From positions 128,001-192,000 of the forward strand of contig CAWHVC010000004.1 in assembly GCA_963832745.1 (NCBI GenBank): a stretch of 64,000 bases of DNA. Direction: 5' to 3'. The position numbers and the translations under genes are program-made. Below, piece by piece: positions 57,904 through 64,000 of this stretch; position 1 is the first letter of the stretch; each line of letters starts with the position of its first letter. The notes under the pieces were generated by a model, which was not told where the DNA came from, searched no databases, and saw nothing but the letters and a program-made list of their open reading frames with translations. Source of the stretch: Candidatus Bathyarchaeota archaeon. GTDB lineage: Archaea; Thermoproteota; Bathyarchaeia; Bathyarchaeales; Bathycorpusculaceae.

Positions 57904-58381
57904 CTTTTATGCCTCCAAGTGCGTTTTTGATTTTCCTAATTACTACTTCTTTGGTTGCTTTACCGATGACTTGGTCGTCTATGACAATGTTTGGTGCCAT
58001 TGCACAGGCTCCAATGCATCGTGTAAAAAGCAGAGACAATTTGCCGTCGGCTGTTGAGCCGCCACGTTTGAGGCTGAACTCTTTTTCGATGGCAGTTATA
58101 ATTTGTTCTACCCCTTTTACGTAGCAGGCGGTTCCAAAGCATGCGGTAACAATGTGTTCGCCTGGTTTTCGTAGTTTAAAGAAACTGTAAAAGGTGGTTA
58201 CTCCGTAAACGTGACTTGGAGGTAAATTCAGTGAACCCGCAATGTCCATAAGCAGGTTCCTGTCAAGGTAACCGTAAATTTCTTGGGCACGGTGTAAAAT
58301 TTCTAGAAGTGCGCTTTCTTCGTAATTGTGCTCTTTTAAAACTTTTTCAAGCAGTACTCGCCGATTGTCGCTTGTAGCCAA
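57890..58381 (-). CDS. hoxE: [2Fe-2S] subunit (NuoE-like)
   Basis: LLEILH.AQE.YGYL, VYGV.TFYSFF, CFGTACYVKG, RCIGAC.MAP. TTG 58381 has GGAGG upstream. Confidence 0.9.
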   Translation of the reverse strand: MATSDNRRVLLEKVLKEHNYEESALLEILHRAQEIYGYLDRNLLMDIAGSLNLPPSHVYGVTTFYSFFKLRKPGEHIVTACFGTACYVKGVEQIITAIEKEFSLKRGGSTADGKLSLLFTRCIGACAMAPNIVIDDQVIGKATKEVVIRKIKNALGGIKDETV

Positions 58382-58592
58382 ACATTGAAGCCTCCAATAA
58401 ACAATTTCGATACTAGTATGCCAACATTTAATCTGATATAAAAGGTTACAGGAGCCAAGTTTCAACATTTAACGACAAATTTGCGCCAAAAACACTAGCT
58501 TCAACCAGAGTTGCATAACAAATGTCTAATGGACACAAGGAAGGTTGAAAAGTTTTTGATTGATATAAACTAAAATTGAAAATTTGGGGAAG

Positions 58593-61430
58593 TTAAGCTG
58601 CGGCTTTGTCAGGTACCTGTTTGGTTACGCCCTTTATTTCAGCTACATTTTTAATTGCAGGCGTTTGTATGACTTCTGTTTCAGGCGCGGAGGCTTTTTC
58701 TGGCGCTTTTTCAATTCTTGTGCATCGAATGTCAATATCTTCTTCTTTGAGGTTAAGTGCAGCTTTTATTGTGCCATCTTCAAGATAGTCAATGTTGAAA
58801 CCCATTTTTTTAGTTAAGCTCAAAGCGCGATAATTATCAGGCAACATAATTGCGTAAATGTTTTCAACACCTTTTTCTTTGGCAATGTCAAGTGTGTAAT
58901 CAACCATTTTTGTTCCTAAGCCTAAGCCTTGCCATTGGTCGCTTACAATGAAAGCCATTTCTCCGTGTTTGCCATCGGTTTCGATGCTGACGCGGCTTAC
59001 CCCTAGCATTTTTCTTTTGCCATCTTCCTCAATTTCTGCTACCAAAGCGATTTCACGGTCATAATCAATGTTGCAGTAACGGACTCGAACCTCGTGTGGC
59101 GTGTCTTTTAGCATTTGGAAGAAACGGTAGCGGATTGACTCTTCGGATAAGCTTTGGAACCATTCAAGCCACAGGGGTTCGTCTTCTGGTTTTATTGGTC
59201 TTAGTAGGACTTCTTGACCGTTTTTCAGGGTCCAAAGCAGTTCGTATTTTTTTGGGTACGGACTGATCACGATGTGCTCGTGCGGTTCATGTTTTTTGCA
59301 GACTTTCTCCTTGTCGACTAAGATTCTGGCGTCAAGGATGCAGGCCTCTTTCTCGCTAATCAACATTGGGTTAATGTCGATTTCTTTGATTTGCGGGAAA
59401 TCAACCAATAGCTGTGAGAACGTTAACAGGGTTTCTTCAAGTTTCTTTAGGTCAACTGGTGCTGAACCGCGGTAGCCTTTGAGCAGTTGATAAACTTTGG
59501 TTTCTTCAAGCATGCGGCGAATCAATGTAGAGTTTAATGGTGGAAGTCCAATTGAGTAGTCTTTGAATAGTTCAACTCCGACGCCGCCCATGCCGAACAG
59601 CACTGTGGGACCAAAGACTGGGTCTGTCTTTCCGCCGATAATAATTTCATAACCTTTCTTTTCAACCATAGGCTGAACTGTTACGCCTATGATGTGTGCA
59701 GTTGGGTCATGTGCTGTAGCTCTTTGAATTAGCAAGTCAAAAGCTTCGCGAACTTCCGTTTCAGAATGAATGTTTAATATGACTCCGCCGACGTCGCTTT
59801 TGTGTATGATTTGGGGCGAAAGTATCTTTAGCACTACGGGGAAACCCATTTGTTGAGCGTAAGCTACTGCCTCGTCAACCGTGTTTGCAACTTCGGTTCG
59901 GACAACTGGGAAATTATAGTATTTGAGAATCTTTTTTGCTTCATCTTCTGTTAGGACTTCGCGGTCTTCCATCGCAGCATTCTTGAGTATCACTCTGACT
60001 GGACGTTGTGGCGGTGTAGCATCTCCCGGATATTCTTCTGGCGTTTCATATAGAAGCTCAACGTTGCGTTGGTAATGGTACATGGTCATGTAAGTTTTAA
60101 CTGCCTGCTCAGGAGTTGAATAAGTTGGAATGTTGTTGGCGTTTAGAATGTTGTTTGCTTCAAGCACTGCGCCTGAACCCATAAACGAGGTAACAATAGT
60201 TTTGGTTTGGTACGTTTTGTTGTGAACCAGTTCAGCAATGCTTTTAGCTATTCCAACAGCGTCTGAAACTGCTTGCTGAGTAAACACTATTGCGATGCCA
60301 TCTACGTTGTCATCATTAAGGCAGGCTTCAAGTGCGACTTTATAGCGGTCTGACTTGGCATCTCCCAAAACATCAACTGGGTTGCCGTGGCTCCAGAAAG
60401 GCGGCAAAACCGCGTTAAGGCTATCAATCGTCTTCTTACTGAGTTGAGCCAGTTGACCGCCTTGGGCAATTAACGCGTCAGTAGTCATAACCCCGGGGCC
60501 TCCAGCGTTTGTGATAATTGCTAAACGTTTGCCTTTTGGAAGCGGTTGAGTGCCTAAAACTTCTGCAGCGTTAAACAAGTCAGCGATTTCATCAACCCTG
60601 ACTACGCCGGCACGTTTAAACGCGGCATCATAAATATCGTCGTGACCTGAAAGTGAGCCTGTGTGTGAAGCTGCAGCTTTTGCGCTTTCTGTAAATTTAC
60701 CTGATTTTACTACAACTATTGGTTTGGTTCTTGCGAAGTGACGGGCTGCACTCATGAATTTGCGGGCTTCAGTTATGCCTTCTACGTACATAAGAATGCT
60801 TTTTGTTTTAGGGTCACTACCAAAATAATCAATTAAATCCCCAAAATCCACGTCAAGCATGGAGCCGACGGAGACGAAGTTGCTAAAACCAATGTTTTCA
60901 CTTATAGCCCAGTCAAGGATTGCTGAGCCTAACGCGCCACTTTGAGAAAGGAAAGCGATTTTTCCCGCTTTTGGCATTTTATCCAAAAAAGTGGCGTTTA
61001 AACAGTTTCTTGGTCGTATTATTCCAATGCAGTTTGGTCCAATTACTCGGATTCTATATTTTTTTGCTACTTCAGCAACTTTATCTTCTAAAGCTTTGCC
61101 TTGGGGGCCAATTTCTTTAAAGCCAGCTGAAACAATGATTACTCCTTTAACGTGTGCTTTTCCGCATTCTTCCATGACGTCTGGCACGGTTTTTGCGGGG
61201 GTTGCAATCATTGCTAAATCGATTGGTTCCGGGATCTGGTCAACCGATGGGTAAGTTTTTATGCCTAAAATTTCAGGTTTTTTTATGTTAACAAAATATA
61301 CTTTGCCGGTATAGCCTTCTTGTGTAAAGTTTTTTACTATTGCATATCCAACTGAGCCTTCTGTGTCACTGGCGCCGATGATGGCTACGCTCTTAGGATT
61401 AAAAATCTTATCAAGATTTAATGTAACCAT
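58593..61430 (-). CDS. Acyl-CoA synthetase (NDP-forming)-like plus GNAT fusion (Pat-type protein lysine acetyltransferase)
   Basis: CoA-binding IIGAS, GPNCIG, SQSGALG, SHTGSL, NPVDVLGDA; ATP-grasp HKSDVGGV; GNAT WQGLGLG. Confidence 0.9.
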   Translation of the reverse strand: MVTLNLDKIFNPKSVAIIGASDTEGSVGYAIVKNFTQEGYTGKVYFVNIKKPEILGIKTYPSVDQIPEPIDLAMIATPAKTVPDVMEECGKAHVKGVIIVSAGFKEIGPQGKALEDKVAEVAKKYRIRVIGPNCIGIIRPRNCLNATFLDKMPKAGKIAFLSQSGALGSAILDWAISENIGFSNFVSVGSMLDVDFGDLIDYFGSDPKTKSILMYVEGITEARKFMSAARHFARTKPIVVVKSGKFTESAKAAASHTGSLSGHDDIYDAAFKRAGVVRVDEIADLFNAAEVLGTQPLPKGKRLAIITNAGGPGVMTTDALIAQGGQLAQLSKKTIDSLNAVLPPFWSHGNPVDVLGDAKSDRYKVALEACLNDDNVDGIAIVFTQQAVSDAVGIAKSIAELVHNKTYQTKTIVTSFMGSGAVLEANNILNANNIPTYSTPEQAVKTYMTMYHYQRNVELLYETPEEYPGDATPPQRPVRVILKNAAMEDREVLTEDEAKKILKYYNFPVVRTEVANTVDEAVAYAQQMGFPVVLKILSPQIIHKSDVGGVILNIHSETEVREAFDLLIQRATAHDPTAHIIGVTVQPMVEKKGYEIIIGGKTDPVFGPTVLFGMGGVGVELFKDYSIGLPPLNSTLIRRMLEETKVYQLLKGYRGSAPVDLKKLEETLLTFSQLLVDFPQIKEIDINPMLISEKEACILDARILVDKEKVCKKHEPHEHIVISPYPKKYELLWTLKNGQEVLLRPIKPEDEPLWLEWFQSLSEESIRYRFFQMLKDTPHEVRVRYCNIDYDREIALVAEIEEDGKRKMLGVSRVSIETDGKHGEMAFIVSDQWQGLGLGTKMVDYTLDIAKEKGVENIYAIMLPDNYRALSLTKKMGFNIDYLEDGTIKAALNLKEEDIDIRCTRIEKAPEKASAPETEVIQTPAIKNVAEIKGVTKQVPDKAAA

Positions 61431-61744
61431 TTAGACCCTCTGTCAAAGTTCGATGGTAACGAGCAAATTAAAGGTTATGTATCAAAACTTCACAGTTTTG
61501 AAATGAAATATTGAAAAAACCAAGAAAAAGTGTGCTTGCTAGTTCAAAAATGACGGGGAACAAGCACCCAATTTTAACTGGAAAAACAATTCAAAATGTA
61601 ACTGAAAAAAGTTCAAACTGTTACTAGCCCTATGTGGTTGTAGGGCAATTCATAGATGCTCTCTGCTGGAAACAGTGGGGAACTCTTATCTAATAGTCAC
61701 ATAACACAAGTGTAAATAGCTTCATTAACTGAGAGGGGCATGAA

Positions 61745-63064
61745 GTGGTTAACGGTAAATACTGGAACGAAAAAATCGAAACCCTGCCAAGCGAAGAAAT
61801 AAAAGAACTCCAGCTGCAAAAACTCAAAGAACAAGTAAAATACTGTTACACTAACAGCGTTTTTTATCACAAAAAATTTGACAGCGTCGGATTAAAACCC
61901 GAAGACATAAAATCTCTTGACGACCTTAAAAAAATTCCTTTCACCATAAAAGCTGACCTAAAAGAAAATTACCCCTACGGAATGGTAGCTGCCAAGCCAG
62001 ACGAAATCGTTGAAATTCACGCTTCAAGCGGAACAACCGGCAACCCAATCGTGGGCGCTTACACAAGAAACGATATGGATGTTTGGCAAGAACTAATGGC
62101 TCGCTCCATCTACACAGCCGGTGGACGCCCCCAAGACGTTATCCACATTGCCTATGGCTATGGCTTATTCACTGGCGGATTAGGCTTCCATTATGGCGCC
62201 CAAAAACTCGGTGTCCGCATAGTCCCTGCTAGTGGAGGCATGACACAGCGTCAAATCAAACTCATGAAAGACCTTGACGTGACAATACTCGCTTGCACCC
62301 CAAGCTTTGCAGTGTATCTTGCAGAAACCATGATTCAAGAAGGTGTTGTCCCACAAAAAGACCTCAAACTTAGACGAGGTATATTTGGCGCTGAACCTTG
62401 GTCCAACCAAATTAGGCAAAGAATCGAAAAAGAACTCGGCATAGAAGCTTTTGATATTTATGGGTTAACTGAACTTTGCGGTCCAGGTGTTTCAGTAGAA
62501 TGCCCTGAGCATGACGGCTTGCATGTTTGGGAAGACCAATTTATCATTGAAACCATCGACCCTGATACTGGCGAATCCGTGCCAGACGGGGAAGAAGGTG
62601 AATTAGTTTTCACTGCCTTAGGCAAAACTGGGTTGCCGATTCTCCGTTACCGTACGCGTGACATCTCAAAAATTACCCGCGAAAAATGTGTTTGCGGACG
62701 TACACATGCCAGAATGGAACGTGTCACTGGCAGGTCAGATGACATGTTAATTGTTCGAGGCGTAAACGTTTTCCCTTCACAAATTGAGTTCGCTGTAATG
62801 CAGTTCCCTGAATTGGCAACTCAATACTTAATTGTTCTTGACCGCCCTGGTGCACTTGATACTTTTCTGGTCAAAGTAGAATTAACAGAACAATCACACA
62901 AGAACACACAACTCGATGTTAACGTGCTTAAAAGTTGTATACAGCAAAGAATACACATAATCACTGGCCTATCTGCCGATATTGAAGTTGTTAAACCAAA
63001 TGAACTTCCAAGAACCGAGGGAAAAGCAAAAAGAGTACTAGACCTACGAAAAGGCAAAATGTAA
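61745..63064 (+). CDS. paaK: Phenylacetate-CoA ligase family
   Basis: HASSGTTG, YGYGLFTGGLGFHYG, GAEPW, DIYGLTE..GPGV, RYRTRD, GRSDDMLIVRGVNVFP. Confidence 0.93.
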   Translation: MVNGKYWNEKIETLPSEEIKELQLQKLKEQVKYCYTNSVFYHKKFDSVGLKPEDIKSLDDLKKIPFTIKADLKENYPYGMVAAKPDEIVEIHASSGTTGNPIVGAYTRNDMDVWQELMARSIYTAGGRPQDVIHIAYGYGLFTGGLGFHYGAQKLGVRIVPASGGMTQRQIKLMKDLDVTILACTPSFAVYLAETMIQEGVVPQKDLKLRRGIFGAEPWSNQIRQRIEKELGIEAFDIYGLTELCGPGVSVECPEHDGLHVWEDQFIIETIDPDTGESVPDGEEGELVFTALGKTGLPILRYRTRDISKITREKCVCGRTHARMERVTGRSDDMLIVRGVNVFPSQIEFAVMQFPELATQYLIVLDRPGALDTFLVKVELTEQSHKNTQLDVNVLKSCIQQRIHIITGLSADIEVVKPNELPRTEGKAKRVLDLRKGKM

Positions 63065-63077
63065 AAGGATATCGCTT

Positions 63078-64000
63078 ATGACTTCAAAGATTGCAGTTGA
63101 TAAGCCGGGCAGCTTCGCCTTGCTTAACGGTGATGAAGCGGTTGCAAGAGGTGCAGTAGAAGCTGGCATTAAAGTTGCAGCCGCCTATCCTGGTACGCCG
63201 TCTACTGAAGTCTTGGAAACTCTCTCACAAGCTGCTAAAACTTTGGGTTTTTACGCTGAATGGAGCGTTAACGAAATAGTTTCTACCGAAGTGGCAGCTG
63301 GCGCATCCATGGCTGGAGCAAGAGCGCTTGTAGCCATGAAGCATGTTGGGTTAAATGTTGCTTCAGACGCCGTTATGACCCTTGCATACACGGGTGTTGA
63401 AGGAGGCTTAGTTATTGTGGTCTGTGACGACCCTGCTTTGCATAGCAGCCAAAACGAGCAGGACACCCGTTATTTCGCAGTGCATTCTAAACTGCCGTTG
63501 CTTGACGTTGGAAACCCTCAAGAAGCGTTGGATATGGCGCGTGAAGCTTTTCATATAAGCGAATATTTACATCTCCCAATTATTTTGCGTTTAACAACCC
63601 GAGTAGCCCATGGAAAAGCCAAAGTTCGGTTTGGCGACTTCCAAAAGCTCAAACGTAACATTGCCTTTGACAAGAACGGCTCCAAATGGGTAATGGTTCC
63701 CGCAAACGCTATCCGCCAACACCGCGTTTTAGAGGAACGGCTGGTTGAAGCAAAACTGGTTGCTGAAATTTCTCGTTTCAATAAAATAGAAGATAACAAC
63801 TCAGAAATCGGCATTATCGGTAGCGGAGTAGGCTATTATTATGCCCGCAGTGTACTTGATACAAAAAAGTTTTCATGGCTTAAACTTGGCTTTGTACATC
63901 CTTTCCCTTCTGAGCTTGTGAAAGAGTTTGCCGCAAAAGTCAAAAAAATCATAGTACTCGAAGAATTGCGTCCATATATTGAAGAAAACCTTCAACGCTT
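63078..64000 (+). CDS. iorA: Indolepyruvate:ferredoxin oxidoreductase alpha subunit (partial, runs off the window)
   Basis: Translated by hand from ATG 63078: LLNGDEAVARGA.EAG, YPGTPSTE, EWSVNE, MKHVGLNVASD, DDPALHSSQNEQDTR. Confidence 0.93.
   Translation, partial: MTSKIAVDKPGSFALLNGDEAVARGAVEAGIKVAAAYPGTPSTEVLETLSQAAKTLGFYAEWSVNEIVSTEVAAGASMAGARALVAMKHVGLNVASDAVMTLAYTGVEGGLVIVVCDDPALHSSQNEQDTRYFAVHSKLPLLDVGNPQEALDMAREAFHISEYLHLPIILRLTTRVAHGKAKVRFGDFQKLKRNIAFDKNGSKWVMVPANAIRQHRVLEERLVEAKLVAEISRFNKIEDNNSEIGIIGSGVGYYYARSVLDTKKFSWLKLGFVHPFPSELVKEFAAKVKKIIVLEELRPYIEENLQR

Noticed and set aside
58382-58468. N-terminal 29 codons of the hoxE ORF as called in the track
   Set aside because: TTG 58381 has a GGAGG signal and matches the expected domain start; the extension overlaps the probable promoter.

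Overview
Archaeal chromosomal window. The gene content (Rps19e, Rpl31e, Rpl39e, RplX, aIF6, prefoldin alpha, Rpp21, TrmB regulators, expanded secreted beta-propeller proteins) suggests Bathyarchaeia; this is inference. From left to right: (1) ~1.9-15.9 kb is an accessory island with three intact and one truncated secreted PQQ-like beta-propeller genes, two TrmB regulators, and an orphan, frameshifted terminase large subunit with a small HTH partner. (2) An MrfB/MrfA-like nuclease-helicase pair, a tandem-AbrB (MraZ-like) gene and a two-component system. (3) A surface-glycosylation cluster with rfbACBD. (4) The conserved rnp4-yhbY-rps19e-PDCD5-rpl39e-rpl31e-eif6-rplX-pfdA-ftsY gene string, interrupted three times by accessory DNA, including four mosaic paralogues and a kaiB-PAS pair. 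(5) A hoxEFUYH hydrogenase, a Pat-type acetyltransferase, paaK and a partial iorA. The strongest unexplained signal is a dispersed unit seen four times: a tandem-AbrB gene (one intact, three decayed). Three copies are preceded by GTCA-type direct repeats at an exact 10-bp period, at the same 18-bp offset from the start codon. Two copies are followed by an identical 11-6-11 dif-like site. Other candidates are a promoter-bearing H/ACA-like small RNA upstream of rps19e and an ACG start codon for hoxF. No CRISPR array, tRNA or rRNA was recognised. All family calls are by-eye motif recognition, not database searches.
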